63,013 bases of DNA from an uncultured Dehalococcoidales bacterium (GTDB lineage: Bacteria > Chloroflexota > Dehalococcoidia > GIF9 > AB-539-J10), in the NCBI GenBank assembly GCA_964435965.1, contig CAYTBB010000002.1, positions 1 through 63,013 of the forward strand. Reading direction: 5' to 3'. A program made the translations under genes and the position numbers. The notes beneath the pieces are model-generated. The model was not told the DNA's origin. It was given only the letters and a program-made list of their open reading frames with translations, and did no database searches. Below, in pieces: positions 9,202-20,426 of the stretch; position 1 is the first letter of the stretch; each line of letters begins with the position of its first letter.

Positions 9202-9969
9202 ATGCTAACTAAACGGATTATTCCCTGTCTTGATGTGAAAAATGGACGGGTAGTAAAGGGAAAGAGCTTTGTGGAGTTGCGTGATGCCGGCGACCCGGTA
9301 GAGTTGGCTAGCTTCTACTATAAAGAGGGTGCTGATGAGTTGGTCTTTCTGGACATTACTGCGACTCCTGAGGAGCGTGACACAATGGTTGATGTCGTTG
9401 AGCGGCTATCCCAAGAAGTGTTTATACCTCTTACTGTAGGCGGGGGACTACGCAGTATTAGTGATATCCGGCGTATTTTGAAGGCAGGAGCAGATAAGAT
9501 ATCCATTAACACTGCCGCTGTAATTCATCCTTCTCTGATTAGAGAAGGGGCTGATAAATTCGGCAGTCAATGCATTGTGGTCGCCATAGATGCCAAGAGG
9601 ATAGATAGGAACAAGGAGCCCCGGTGGGAGGTCTATATCTATAGCGGCCAAAAGCCAACCGGGATTGATGCCCTCGCCTGGGCAAAACAAACGATAGAGC
9701 TTGGGGCTGGGGAAATTTTGCTTACTAGCATTGATTCTGATGGTCATCGGGCAGGGTATGACATTGAACTTACCTGCGCTGTCTCCGAGGCAGTAACGGT
9801 GCCAGTTATTGCCAGTGGTGGTGCGGGCACTCTGGAAGACCTTTATCAAGCTTTAGTTAGCGGAAAGGCAGATGCGGTTCTGGCAGCCAGTATTTTCCAT
9901 TATGGCACTTATTCTATTGCCGAAACCAAGAGATATTTAGCCCAAAAAGGAATACCAATACGAATCTAG
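9202..9969 (+). CDS. hisF: imidazole glycerol phosphate synthase, cyclase subunit HisF
   Basis: [49 protein letters not shown] and IASGGAG. Confidence 0.92.
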   Translation: MLTKRIIPCLDVKNGRVVKGKSFVELRDAGDPVELASFYYKEGADELVFLDITATPEERDTMVDVVERLSQEVFIPLTVGGGLRSISDIRRILKAGADKISINTAAVIHPSLIREGADKFGSQCIVVAIDAKRIDRNKEPRWEVYIYSGQKPTGIDALAWAKQTIELGAGEILLTSIDSDGHRAGYDIELTCAVSEAVTVPVIASGGAGTLEDLYQALVSGKADAVLAASIFHYGTYSIAETKRYLAQKGIPIRI

Positions 9970-9979
9970 GGGAAAGACA

Positions 9980-11485
9980 GTGAAGACCTATCTTCCAGCC
10001 AAATTCTTCATAGAACGAGATCCTGGGCGGTGCATCCAGTGTCAGGTATGTGTCAACCAGTGCACCTTCGATGTTCATTACTATGATGCGGAGGATGATG
10101 AGGTAAGGAGTCGTGAGGAGAACTGCGTTGGCTGCCATCGTTGTGTTCTCTTTTGCCCCACCCGAGCCTTGACTATTCGAAGAAACCCGCTGGACTACCA
10201 TGAGAACTATAACTGGCGTCCCGAGGTTATTGAGGACATAATCAAGCAAGCCGAGACCGGTGGCGTGCTCCTCACCGGGATGGGCGATGATAAGGGGCAG
10301 CGTATCTACTGGGACCATCTCGTTCTCAATGCCAGCCAGGTAACCAACCCGTCTATTGACCCGCTGCGTGAGCCTATGGAGCTTACTACCTATCTGGGAC
10401 GAAAACCTGACCGGGTTGAGCTTGCCCCAGATGGCATCAATCTAAAAACGAAGCTAGCTCCACAGGTCAAACTTGAAGTTCCAGTCATGTTTGCCGCCAT
10501 GTCCTACGGGGCAGTAAGCCTCAATGTGCATGAATCTCTGGCCAGAGCAGCCACTGACATGGGAACCCTGTGGAATACCGGGGAAGGGGGGCTCCACCCC
10601 AAGCTATATAAGTATGGCAATAATACTATCGTTCAAGTAGCCTCAGGACGCTTTGGTGTCCATCCTGAATATCTTAAGGCTGCGAAGGTAATTGAGATTA
10701 AGATTGGCCAGGGAGCCAAGCCTGGCATTGGTGGACACCTGCCAGGAGAGAAGGTAAGTGCCGAGGTGTCCATGACCCGAATGATTCCCCAAGGGACAGA
10801 TGCCCTGTCGCCAGCACCTCAGCATGACATTTACTCGATTGAGGACTTAGCTCAACTGGTCTATGCTCTAAAGGAAGCGACAAACTATACTAAGCCAGTA
10901 TCGGTCAAGATAGCGGCGGTTCATAACGCGGCAGCTATCGCCAGCGGGATGGTACGGGCTGGAGCCGACATCATAGTTCTCGACGGGCTAAGAGGAGCCA
11001 CCGGTGCTGCCCCAAAGATTATTCGTGACAATGTGGGCATCCCCATTGAGATGGCTCTCGCCTCGGTGGATAGCCGCCTGAGGCAAGAAGGCATTCGCAA
11101 CCAGGCTTCTATTGTCGTCTCAGGCGGAATAAGAAATAGTGGTGATGTGGCTAAGGCAATCGCCCTTGGCGCCGATGCAGTTTACATCGCCACTGCAGCT
11201 CTAATCGCCCTGGGTTGCACCGTCTGTCAACAATGCCATACCGGTAAATGCGCCTGGGGCATCTGCACCACTGACCTTTTTCTGACCAAGCGGGTCAACC
11301 CGGACATTGGTGCCCGCAGACTGGCTAACCTGCTTCGGGGCTGGAGCCTGGAGCTTAAGGACATACTGGGCGGTCTCGGTGTAAACGCAATTGAGAGTCT
11401 GCGAGGAAATCGCCTTCACTTGAGAGGGATCGGGTTAACTGACATAGAGCTCGAAATCCTCGGAGTAAGGATGGTGGGTAACTAA
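9980..11485 (+). CDS. glutamate synthase FMN/synthase domain (archaeal-type GltS domain 2) with an N-terminal 2x[4Fe-4S] ferredoxin domain
   Basis: CIQCQVCVNQC and CVGCHRCVLFCP; IKIGQGAKPGIGGHLPGEKV; GLRGATGAAP; C-terminal cluster motif CTVCQQCHTGKC. GTG start. Confidence 0.88.
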   Translation: MKTYLPAKFFIERDPGRCIQCQVCVNQCTFDVHYYDAEDDEVRSREENCVGCHRCVLFCPTRALTIRRNPLDYHENYNWRPEVIEDIIKQAETGGVLLTGMGDDKGQRIYWDHLVLNASQVTNPSIDPLREPMELTTYLGRKPDRVELAPDGINLKTKLAPQVKLEVPVMFAAMSYGAVSLNVHESLARAATDMGTLWNTGEGGLHPKLYKYGNNTIVQVASGRFGVHPEYLKAAKVIEIKIGQGAKPGIGGHLPGEKVSAEVSMTRMIPQGTDALSPAPQHDIYSIEDLAQLVYALKEATNYTKPVSVKIAAVHNAAAIASGMVRAGADIIVLDGLRGATGAAPKIIRDNVGIPIEMALASVDSRLRQEGIRNQASIVVSGGIRNSGDVAKAIALGADAVYIATAALIALGCTVCQQCHTGKCAWGICTTDLFLTKRVNPDIGARRLANLLRGWSLELKDILGGLGVNAIESLRGNRLHLRGIGLTDIELEILGVRMVGN

Positions 11486-11486
11486 T

Positions 11487-12245
11487 ATGGAGATTAAGAC
11501 TAATTCAGTAGCGAAGATTAATGCCAGCGGTATCTTCTATCGGGAGCTCAATGCCAGACTCACTGATGCGGTCTCAGAAGGTGCTCACCGGGTTGAGCTT
11601 CATAATGTCTATGGTCAGAGGTATATTGGCACAGACCTAGATAAACCTGTGGAAATTGAAATCTTTGGCACACCTGGCAATGATCTTGGGGCATTTATGG
11701 ATGGCCCGCGAATTATCGTGCGCGGCACTGCTCAGGATGGCTGTGGCAACACCATGAATGAAGGCGAGATAGTAATTCACGGTCACGCTGGTGACATCCT
11801 TGGTTTGTCAGCCCGAGGAGGTAAGATTTTTGTGCGAGACGATGTCGGCTACCGCGCCGGTATTCATATGAAGGAATATGGCGAGAAGAAGCCGGTGCTG
11901 GTCATCGGCGGCACTGCTCAGGACTTCCTTGGCGAGTACATGGCTGGAGGCATCCTGATTCTGCTGGGTCTGAATCTAGCCGAAGGGGAGCATCACAAAG
12001 CCAGATTTCTTGGGACTGGAATGCATGGCGGTGTCATCTACCTCAGGGGAAGCGTAGACGATTATCAACTGGGTAAGGAAGTCGGCGTTGCTGGACTGGA
12101 GGGGAAGGACCACTCAATTCTTCACGGATTCATTGGTGAGTTTGCTGCCCACTTTGGCTACGATGCCGAGGAGATATTGAAACACAAGTTCACTAAGCTA
12201 TTCCCCCTTTGGCTCCGACCTTATGGCAGGCTCTACGCTTACTAA
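11487..12245 (+). CDS. GXGXG-motif protein (GltS alpha-subunit C-terminal domain 3 type)
   Basis: Repeated beta-helix GxGxG pattern: GTPGNDLGAFMDGPRIIVRGTAQDGCGNTMNEGEIVIHGHAGD... Confidence 0.85.
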   Translation: MEIKTNSVAKINASGIFYRELNARLTDAVSEGAHRVELHNVYGQRYIGTDLDKPVEIEIFGTPGNDLGAFMDGPRIIVRGTAQDGCGNTMNEGEIVIHGHAGDILGLSARGGKIFVRDDVGYRAGIHMKEYGEKKPVLVIGGTAQDFLGEYMAGGILILLGLNLAEGEHHKARFLGTGMHGGVIYLRGSVDDYQLGKEVGVAGLEGKDHSILHGFIGEFAAHFGYDAEEILKHKFTKLFPLWLRPYGRLYAY

Positions 12246-12338
12246 GAAAGGAGGATCGATGTAGTTGACTTTGAGAATCTGAGAGGTTTTTGGGCACTGC
12301 AGACAAAAATATGCCGGGTAAAGGAAAAGGAGGCGAAA

Positions 12339-13682
12339 ATGGCAAACAGAAGCAGAGAAGAAGGCAAGGAATATGTTCTCAAGATGGCAAAGGAGCATGG
12401 TGTAAAGTTCATCAGGATGTGGTTTACTGACATTCTGGGATTCCTCAAAAGCTTTGACATCACCGTGGAGGAACTAGAAGGCGCTCTGGAGGAGGGGATG
12501 GGGTTCGATGGCTCCTCAATCGAGGGGTTTGCCCGTATTGATGAAAGCGATATGGTGGCTCTACCTGACCCTGATACTTTCCAGCTACTTCCCGGGAAAC
12601 TCCGAGAGCAACACGCTATAGCCCGAATGTTTTGCGACGTCTTGAGCCCCGGTGGCGAGCCTTTTGAAGGCGATCCTAGGTATGTCCTGAAGAAAAACCT
12701 GAAGCGGGCAGCGAACATGGGTTACACCTATTATGTAGGGCCTGAGTTGGAGTACTTTTATTTTCGCGATTCTAATGGAACTGAGCCCCTAGACCAAGGG
12801 GGCTACTTCGATCTAACTCCCAGGGATGCAGCCATTGACATGAGGAAGGAGACCGTCCTTGCTCTGGAGGAGCTAGGTATCGGCGTTGAATATTCCCATC
12901 ACGAGGTTGCCACCAGCCAACACGAAATAGATATGAGGTACACCGATGCCCTGACCATGGCTGACAGTGTGATGACTTATCGCTTGGTGGTGAAAGAGGT
13001 GGCCCTCAAGTACGGGGTCTACGCCACCTTCATGCCGAAGCCAGTCTTCGGCATTAATGGCAGCGGCATGCATGTCCACCAGTCACTTTACAAGGGCGAC
13101 AGGAACGCCTTCTTTGACAAGGATGATGAATACCATCTGTCTAAGGTCGCGAGGCGTTTTGTAGCTGGATTACTCAAACATGCTCCTGAAATTACTTCGG
13201 TCACCAATCAGTGGATCAACTCCTATAAGCGGCTGGTTTCAGGCTACGAGGCGCCGGTGTACCTTTCTTGGGCGCGGCGGAATCGCTCCGACCTGATCCG
13301 AGTCCCAGAATATCGACCAGCCCGAGAAAAAGCAACAAGAATTGAATTCAGGTCTCCTGACCCTGCCTGCAATCCGTACCTAGCCTTCAGCGTAATGCTG
13401 GCGGCTGGGCTAGAAGGGATTGAGAAGGAGTACGAAGTCCCTGACCCTGTGGAAGAAAACGTATACGAGATGACCGGAGAGGAAAGGCAGAAGCGAGGAA
13501 TAGGCACCTTGCCTGCCAGCTTGCTGGAAGCCATACTGATAACTGAGAAAAGTGAGCTGGTGCGAAAGGCTCTTGGTGAACATGTTTTCTCGGCTTTCAT
13601 CCAGAACAAGAAAATAGAATGGGATCACTACCGGACTCAGGTAACCGAGTACGAGCTTAAGAGATACTTGCCAATATTGTGA
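12339..13682 (+). CDS. glnA: glutamine synthetase, type I
   Basis: VKFIRMWFTDILG, GFDGSSIEGF, NGSGMHVHQS and RIEFRSPD. AAAGGAGG RBS. Confidence 0.92.
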   Translation: MANRSREEGKEYVLKMAKEHGVKFIRMWFTDILGFLKSFDITVEELEGALEEGMGFDGSSIEGFARIDESDMVALPDPDTFQLLPGKLREQHAIARMFCDVLSPGGEPFEGDPRYVLKKNLKRAANMGYTYYVGPELEYFYFRDSNGTEPLDQGGYFDLTPRDAAIDMRKETVLALEELGIGVEYSHHEVATSQHEIDMRYTDALTMADSVMTYRLVVKEVALKYGVYATFMPKPVFGINGSGMHVHQSLYKGDRNAFFDKDDEYHLSKVARRFVAGLLKHAPEITSVTNQWINSYKRLVSGYEAPVYLSWARRNRSDLIRVPEYRPAREKATRIEFRSPDPACNPYLAFSVMLAAGLEGIEKEYEVPDPVEENVYEMTGEERQKRGIGTLPASLLEAILITEKSELVRKALGEHVFSAFIQNKKIEWDHYRTQVTEYELKRYLPIL

Positions 13683-13717
13683 ATCGAAGATGTTGCGACA
13701 TATAGGAGTGGGTTGAC

Positions 13718-15454
13718 ATGCGTCAGTTACGAATCGGGATGGCTCAGATCAACACTACTGTGGGAGATTTTGCCGGCAACAGGCAGAAAATTCTGAAAGC
13801 TATTAACGAAGCCAGATCTTTAGGAGTAGACCTTCTTACTTTCCCCGAACTCGCCATCTGTGGCTATCCACCCGAGGATCTTTTGTTTAAGCCGCAGTTC
13901 ATAGCCGAGAACTTACAGTCGCTAGATAAGGTGGTCGATGTCTCCTCAGGACTTACTATCGTCGTCGGCTTCATTGATGCCAAAGAAGATATCTACAACG
14001 CTGCAGCCATAATCCATGATGGCAAACTGGCTGGCGTTTATCACAAGATATACCTGCCCAACTACGGAGTATTTGATGAGAACCGCTACTTTCGAGCCGG
14101 CAGCGAACGCCCTGTCTATGTCATAGGGGGCATTGGTGTAGGCGTCAATATCTGCGAGGATATCTGGTACGAGGGAGGGCCAGCTACAGCACAAGCCTAC
14201 TCCGGGGCTGAGGTTATAGTCAACATAAGTTCCTCACCCTACCACTTCGGCAAGAGAAACTTCAGGGAGAGAATGATGGCGACACGAGCAGCAGACAATG
14301 TAGCTATCCTTGCCTATAACAACCTGGTAGGCGGGCAGGATGAGCTGGTCTTTGATGGTAACAGCATGGTGCTGGATGAAAAAGGACAGCTAATAGCCAG
14401 GGGCAAACAGTTCGAAGAAGACCTCATAGTTACTGACCTTGATGTCGAATCTGTCTTCCGCACGCGTCTTCACGATCCTAGATGGAGAAAGCAAATACTA
14501 CTGCTAGAAGAGCAGGATGGGCATAGCACTAAGATAGTGGTATCTGAAATACCATCAGCTACTGCCAAACCGCCATTACCAGTGAGACAGGTTCAGGTGC
14601 AGGGCTTGCCTGGCGAGGTCTATGATGCGCTGGTGCTGGGCACACGTGACTATGTCCTTAAGAATGGATTTGAGAAGGTGCTCATAGTTCTTTCTGGAGG
14701 CATAGATTCCAGCTTGGTGGCCGCTATTGCTGTTGATGCGCTGGGTAAGTCAAACGTGGTCGGTGTAGCTATGCCTTCAAGATGCTCTTCTCCTGGCAGT
14801 ATATCAGATGCTGAGCTTCTGGCCAAGAATCTGGGCATCAAACTTCTAACTATTCCCATTGAGCAGGCGCTTCAAACATATCTGGATATGCTGGCTGAAG
14901 CTTTTAAAGGGACAGAGCCTAATGTGGCTGAAGACAATATTCAAGCCCGCATCAGAGGCAACATCCTAATGGCGTTATCGAACAAGTTCGGCTGGCTGGT
15001 TCTGACAACGGGTAACAAAAGCGAAATGACTACCGGTTACACCACATTATACGGAGATATGGCCGGTGGTTTTGCTGTGATAAAGGATGTACCAAAGACA
15101 ATGGCTTATAAGCTTGCTAGGTACCGAAACTCCATGGCTGAGTCAGAATTAATACCATCTATAATCATAGACAAACCGCCTTCGGCTGAATTAAAACCCG
15201 ATCAAAGGGATACTGATACTTTACCTCCTTACGAGTTGCTTGACCCCGTATTAATGGCCTATGTCGAGGAAGACAAAAGTGTCGAGCAAATAATTGCTAT
15301 GGGAATCGATGAAAAAGTTGTCAAACGAGCAGCCCGATTAGTAGACACGAGTGAGTATAAGCGCCGTCAAGCACCACCAGGCATTAAAATAACTCCCAGA
15401 GCCTTTGGCCGAGACAGAAGGCTACCCATTACGAACCGGTTCAAGGGATGGTGA
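13718..15454 (+). CDS. nadE: glutamine-dependent NAD+ synthetase (N-terminal nitrilase/CN-hydrolase domain plus NAD synthetase domain)
   Basis: The CN-hydrolase part has FPELAICGYP and NICEDIW. The synthetase part has the SGGIDSS PP-loop. Confidence 0.9.
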   Translation: MRQLRIGMAQINTTVGDFAGNRQKILKAINEARSLGVDLLTFPELAICGYPPEDLLFKPQFIAENLQSLDKVVDVSSGLTIVVGFIDAKEDIYNAAAIIHDGKLAGVYHKIYLPNYGVFDENRYFRAGSERPVYVIGGIGVGVNICEDIWYEGGPATAQAYSGAEVIVNISSSPYHFGKRNFRERMMATRAADNVAILAYNNLVGGQDELVFDGNSMVLDEKGQLIARGKQFEEDLIVTDLDVESVFRTRLHDPRWRKQILLLEEQDGHSTKIVVSEIPSATAKPPLPVRQVQVQGLPGEVYDALVLGTRDYVLKNGFEKVLIVLSGGIDSSLVAAIAVDALGKSNVVGVAMPSRCSSPGSISDAELLAKNLGIKLLTIPIEQALQTYLDMLAEAFKGTEPNVAEDNIQARIRGNILMALSNKFGWLVLTTGNKSEMTTGYTTLYGDMAGGFAVIKDVPKTMAYKLARYRNSMAESELIPSIIIDKPPSAELKPDQRDTDTLPPYELLDPVLMAYVEEDKSVEQIIAMGIDEKVVKRAARLVDTSEYKRRQAPPGIKITPRAFGRDRRLPITNRFKGW

Positions 15455-15509
15455 CAAACCGTGAAGAAACGGCTTAGGAAGAAGAGATAACAGATTCCGG
15501 GAAGAAAAC

Positions 15510-16615
15510 ATGAGTAAACAGGCGTTTCTGGCTTTGGAAGATGGCTCGATTTACGAAGGCTACTCCTTCGGTGCGGAAGATACCACCTATGGTGAAGTGG
15601 TCTTTAATACCAGCATGTTTGGATACCAGGAGATGCTGACCGACCCTTCTTATGCTGGCCAGATTTTGGTGCTACGTATCCCCTTATTGGCAACTATGGC
15701 ATCAATGAAACCGATTTTGAATCAAAACAAGTGCAGGTGAGAGGCCTGATTGTTCGAGAGCATTGCTCTGCACCCAGCCATTGGCAGAGCACAAGCACAT
15801 TGGATGATTTCCTGAAGGTTAATGGTATTCCTGGCCTTTCGGGTGTCGATACCCGTGCCCTTACCCGCCGATTGCGTTTGGTTGGAGTAATGATGGGCAT
15901 CTTTAGTTCGGAAATGAAACCTCAAGACGCTCTGGAGGAACTTAGGCATCTTCCGCGCTACGATTTCACTGACTTTGTTCAAGGGGTCAGCACTGAGAAA
16001 ACCTATGTTTGGCAACCATTAGAGAATGACCATTTGTATCATATTGTAGTCATAGATTGCGGTTTGAAATACAACATTTTGCGTCTTTTGAACCAATTCG
16101 GGTGTTTAGTCACTGTTGTTCCTAGCAACACTGAAGCCAAGGAAATCCTTGCCCTAAGGCCAGATGGAATACTGATTTCCCCTGGCCCCGGTGATCCAGC
16201 TCGTCTCGCTCAGCTTGAGGAAACGGTGAGGAAGCTTCTAGGCAAGAAACCAATGATGGGTATTTGTCTTGGTCATCAGATTATTGCCCGCGCTCTCGGG
16301 GCTGAGACATTTAAGCTGAAGTTTGGTCATCGTGGCGGCAATCACCCTGTTCGCGACCTGGCAACGGGCAGGATCCAGATTACCGCTCAGAACCATAGCT
16401 ATGCTGTTGATGCCAACAGTCTGAAGGGCGGGCTTGAAGTAAGCCATATAAACTTGAACGATAGCACTGTTGAAGGGTTAAGCCATAAGGAGTTACCCAT
16501 TGTATCCATTCAGTATCATGCCGAAGGCTCACCTGGCCCTATGGACAATACCCATCTCTTTCAAAGGTTCCTGGAGATGGTAAGAGATTTGGGAAAAGGC
16601 GGTAATTACGGATGA
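15510..16615 (+). pseudogene. carA: carbamoyl-phosphate synthase small (glutaminase) subunit CarA, split by an apparent 1-nt deletion near 15674-15676
   Basis: Frame 1 reads ..[26 protein letters not shown] and then runs into nonsense. The conserved continuation [45 protein letters not shown] lies in the next frame starting at 15677. Confidence 0.8.
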
Positions 16616-17187
16616 AAATCGGGGTTTTAGCCTTACAGGGAGCTTTTATTGAGCATATTAGTGTTATGCAGCAACTCGGGGTAGAAACTTTGCCCATCTG
16701 TTTGCCCAATCAACTTGACGGCCTAGACGGCCTCATCATTCCTGGCGGGGAAAGCACGGCCATACTTCAGTTAATGAAGAGCTTTAGCCTCATCCAACCC
16801 CTGAGAGAACTGGCTAAGGCAGGGCTTCCTATTTTGGGAACATGTGCGGGGATGATCTGTCTAGCCAAGAAAGTTTCCAATCATGACATGGAGACCCTAG
16901 CTGTGGTAGACATAGTGGTTAATCGCAACGCCTTCGGTAGACAGATAGATAGCTTTGAAACGGCGCTACCAATCCCAGTTTTAGGAGATAAGCCGTTTCC
17001 TGCCATTTTCATTCGCGCTCCGTTTATTGAGGAAGCAGACGCAAAAGTAGAAATCTTAGCCAGATTACCGGGTGGCGTTGCTGTTGCCTGCAAGCAGGAA
17101 AAAGTCATAGCTACTGCTTTCCATCCTGAGCTAAGCTATGACTTAAGGTTCCATCGTTACTTCTTGAGGATCGTTGCCTCTCATTGA
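16612..17187 (+). CDS. pdxT: pyridoxal 5'-phosphate synthase, glutaminase subunit PdxT
   Basis: MKIGVLALQGAF, IIPGGESTA, GTCAGMI, NAFGRQIDSFE and FHPELS. ATGA overlap with the carA stop. Confidence 0.88.
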   Translation: MKIGVLALQGAFIEHISVMQQLGVETLPICLPNQLDGLDGLIIPGGESTAILQLMKSFSLIQPLRELAKAGLPILGTCAGMICLAKKVSNHDMETLAVVDIVVNRNAFGRQIDSFETALPIPVLGDKPFPAIFIRAPFIEEADAKVEILARLPGGVAVACKQEKVIATAFHPELSYDLRFHRYFLRIVASH

Positions 17188-17206
17188 TTGGAAGGGATGA
17201 CAGAAA

Positions 17207-18694
17207 TTGCCTACAATTAAGATGGTGAATCGAGAGGGGGATAATTTGCACGAATGTTGCGCTGTTGTTGGTATTTATGCCTCCAACGAGGATGTAGCTC
17301 GTCTTATCTTCTTTGCTCTATTTGCCCTTCAGCACCGTGGTCAGGAAAGCTCTGGTATTGCCACCGCTGATGGGAAGAGACTCCGGGTTTATGCCAACAT
17401 GTGGTTGGTATCCCAGGTGCTTAATGAGGACTTATTAAGCCAGCTCACTGGGGATATTGCTATTGGTCATAACCGCTACTCCACCAAGGGATCCAGCCGG
17501 GTTACTAATGCCCAGCCTATTACAGCAGGTAAGAGTTCAAATACCATTGCCATAGCACACAATGGGAATATTGTTAACGCTGAGCACCTGTATGAAGAAC
17601 TCTCTGACCAAGGCTATACCTTCCGTAGTTCCACAGATACTGAGGTTATCGCTAATCTAATTATTTCCTCTCCTGAGAAAGACTGGGTAGATAAGATAAG
17701 ATATGCTATGCATCGGCTACAGGGGGCATATTCCCTAACTATTATGACTAACGACCGGTTGTTTGGAGTTCGTGACCCCTTTGGCATTCGCTCCCTATGT
17801 TTGGGGGCCATTAATGGGGGGTGGGTTATAGCCTCGGAGAGTTGTGCCCTCGACCATATAGGAGCCAACTTTGTTAGAGAGATTGGACCGGGCGAGATAG
17901 TTTCCATTAGTGAGAGTGGTGTCGAGAGTTACCACGAAGAGGTGGCTAGACCAGCATTATGCATTTTTGAGTATATCTACTTCGCTCGTCCCGATAGTAC
18001 GATTAACGGACGATTACTTTATACAGCGCGACAGGCTATGGGAGCAGAATTAGCTGAGGAGCATCCGGTAGATGCTGATTTGGTCATGGGTGTGCCTAAT
18101 TCAGCTACAGCCGCCGGCATCGGTTATTCCCGCCGGTCAGATATACCATTATGTGAAGGACTGCTCAAGAATCGCTATGTGGGTCGCACCTTTATTGAAC
18201 CTGATCGGCGAATCAGAGACCTTGGCGTTAAACTAAAGTTTAACCCCCTGCCCCAGATACTGGATGGCAAGCGGTTAGTGGTGATTGATGACAGTATTGT
18301 CCGCGGTACTACTACCCCTCAAGTAGTAAGGTTGCTGCGCAGGGCAGGAGCTAAAGAAGTGCATATGCGTATCTGCGCTCCTCCTATCCGCTATCCTTGT
18401 TTCTTCGGTGTAGATATGGCTACCAGCTCGGAGTTAATCGCGGCTCAGAAAACCATACCTGAGGTCAAGGATTTTATTGGTGCTGATTCATTAGGCTATT
18501 TGAGTATTGGTGGACTGATTAAAGCGGTGGCTTTGTCTAAGGATATTTTTTGTCTGGCTTGCTTCACTGGTAACTACCCGATACCGGTACAACTCGAGAT
18601 GGATAAGCTGGCACTGGAGTCTATACCATCTGGCGAGCAGTCGACTTTTGGCATAAAGCATCCGAGTTTATCTCTTGGCACTAAATCACTTTGA
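17207..18694 (+). CDS. purF: amidophosphoribosyltransferase
   Basis: Propeptide followed by CAVVGIY (Ntn Cys). GHNRYST, the PRPP loop [12 protein letters not shown], and C-terminal Fe-S cysteines. The start is uncertain (TTG 17207 or ATG 17222). Confidence 0.9.
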   Translation: MPTIKMVNREGDNLHECCAVVGIYASNEDVARLIFFALFALQHRGQESSGIATADGKRLRVYANMWLVSQVLNEDLLSQLTGDIAIGHNRYSTKGSSRVTNAQPITAGKSSNTIAIAHNGNIVNAEHLYEELSDQGYTFRSSTDTEVIANLIISSPEKDWVDKIRYAMHRLQGAYSLTIMTNDRLFGVRDPFGIRSLCLGAINGGWVIASESCALDHIGANFVREIGPGEIVSISESGVESYHEEVARPALCIFEYIYFARPDSTINGRLLYTARQAMGAELAEEHPVDADLVMGVPNSATAAGIGYSRRSDIPLCEGLLKNRYVGRTFIEPDRRIRDLGVKLKFNPLPQILDGKRLVVIDDSIVRGTTTPQVVRLLRRAGAKEVHMRICAPPIRYPCFFGVDMATSSELIAAQKTIPEVKDFIGADSLGYLSIGGLIKAVALSKDIFCLACFTGNYPIPVQLEMDKLALESIPSGEQSTFGIKHPSLSLGTKSL

Positions 18695-18708
18695 TTTTGG
18701 TATTTTGC

Positions 18709-20340
18709 ATGTCAAAGTATATCTTTGTTACTGGCGGTGTGGTTAGTTCAGTTGGTAAGGGCATCACTGTCGCTTCCATAGGTGCCATTTTGAAGAGTCG
18801 TCAAATCACCGTATCCGTGCAGAAACTAGACCCTTATCTCAATGTTGACCCAGGGACAATGTCACCCTATCAGCATGGTGAGGTATTTGTCACTCAGGAC
18901 GGTGCCGAGACTGACCTTGATTTGGGCAATTACGAGCGATTCATTGATGTTAACCTTACTGCCGAATCTAACGTTACGTCAGGGCAAATCTATAGTGCCG
19001 TTATCGCTAAAGAGAGGCGAGGCGATTTTCTCGGCGGCACTATTCAAGTAGTGCCCCATGTTACCACCGAGATAAAGGAACGCTTCAAGCGATTAGCCCA
19101 GAAATCAAAGGCCGAGGTGGTTATTATAGAGGTAGGCGGCACTGTAGGCGATATTGAGGGACAGCCTTTCCTTGAAGCCATCAGGCAGATGAGAAATGAT
19201 GTTGGGCGGGATAACATCTTCTACGTCCACGTTACTCTTCTTCCGTATCTTACTTCCACCCAAGAGCTGAAGACTAAGCCTACTCAACACAGCGTTAACG
19301 AGCTGCGCCGCATTGGTATTCAGCCTGATATTATCATATGCCGCAGTGATCACCCCATCTCGGAAGGAATAAGGGATAAAATATCTCTGTTCTGCGATGT
19401 AGACCGGCAGGCGGTCATCTCCCTGCCCACTGTATCCACTATCTATGAGGTACCACTGGTTCTGGAGGACGAAGGCTTGGGACAATTAACCTTGGACAAG
19501 CTTGGGCTTAAGGCACAACAGCCCAACCTGAGCCAGTGGCAGAAGCTGCTCTCATCCCTTAAAGAATCCCATGAGCCAGTTAATATCGCCCTAGTCGGCA
19601 AATATGTGGAGTTAAAGGATGCCTATTTCTCGGTTCGTGAGGCACTACATCACGCTGCTCTACATCATGAGAGAGATGTTAATCTCATCTGGGTTCAATC
19701 TGAGGATTTGGAAAAAGATAATAGCGATGCTCTGCTGCATACAGCCCAAGGTATCATAATCCCTGGTGGCTTTGGTATTAGAGGAATAGAAGGTATGATA
19801 AAGGCAGCCAACTATGCTCGAAGCAATAAAATCCCCTACTTAGGATTATGCCTGGGAATGCAGGTTATGGTAATCGAGTTTGCACGCTATGTCCTAAACT
19901 CAAGTGAGCCAAACTCTGCTGAGTTTGATGCCTCTACCCCTTACCCTGTCATCGACCTACTCCCTGAGCAGAAGGATATAGAAAACAAGGGGGGCACCAT
20001 GCGGTTGGGTAACTACCCCTGTGAACTAAGTCCAGGCAGCCGGGCAGCTACCGCCTATGGACAGAGTGTGGTTTACGAGCGCCACAGACATCGCTACGAG
20101 TTCAACAATCAATTTCGTGCTCAGCTAGAGAAGGCAGGAATGGTCTATAGTGGATTATCCCCTGATGGCAGGCTTGTGGAGCTCTGCGAACTAGCCAACC
20201 ATCCGTGGATGGTGGGCTGCCAGTTCCACCCTGAATTTGGCTCCCGCCCTGGTCGTCCTCATCCCCTGTTCCACGATTTCATTGGTATAGCCAAAAATAT
20301 TCTACGTGAAGGAGCTCAACCTCTGCTTCCCCTTTCTTAA
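18709..20340 (+). CDS. pyrG: CTP synthase
   Basis: [25 protein letters not shown] and CQFHPEF. The start was trimmed to ATG 18709. Confidence 0.93.
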   Translation: MSKYIFVTGGVVSSVGKGITVASIGAILKSRQITVSVQKLDPYLNVDPGTMSPYQHGEVFVTQDGAETDLDLGNYERFIDVNLTAESNVTSGQIYSAVIAKERRGDFLGGTIQVVPHVTTEIKERFKRLAQKSKAEVVIIEVGGTVGDIEGQPFLEAIRQMRNDVGRDNIFYVHVTLLPYLTSTQELKTKPTQHSVNELRRIGIQPDIIICRSDHPISEGIRDKISLFCDVDRQAVISLPTVSTIYEVPLVLEDEGLGQLTLDKLGLKAQQPNLSQWQKLLSSLKESHEPVNIALVGKYVELKDAYFSVREALHHAALHHERDVNLIWVQSEDLEKDNSDALLHTAQGIIIPGGFGIRGIEGMIKAANYARSNKIPYLGLCLGMQVMVIEFARYVLNSSEPNSAEFDASTPYPVIDLLPEQKDIENKGGTMRLGNYPCELSPGSRAATAYGQSVVYERHRHRYEFNNQFRAQLEKAGMVYSGLSPDGRLVELCELANHPWMVGCQFHPEFGSRPGRPHPLFHDFIGIAKNILREGAQPLLPLS

Positions 20341-20380
20341 AGTTTATGATAAAACAGCCAATCGGAATATGACTGAGTAT

Positions 20381-20404
20381 CTCTCTTAATACCGCTTAAG
20401 AGGG
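20381..20404 (+). other. 9-bp stem / 6-nt loop hairpin in the pyrG-purL spacer
   Basis: CTCTCTTAA-TACCGC-TTAAGAGGG (one G-U pair). No U-tract follows, so its role is unknown. Confidence 0.25.
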
Positions 20405-20426
20405 TAGAGATAGAAAGGAGCGTGTC

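Noticed and set aside
12246-12338. Search for NrpR-type operators (GGAA-N6-TTCC) and for a glutamine riboswitch upstream of glnA.
   Set aside because: Neither the operator consensus nor an obvious conserved structured element is visible by eye. Only a TTGACT box without a good -10 is present. The search was not exhaustive.
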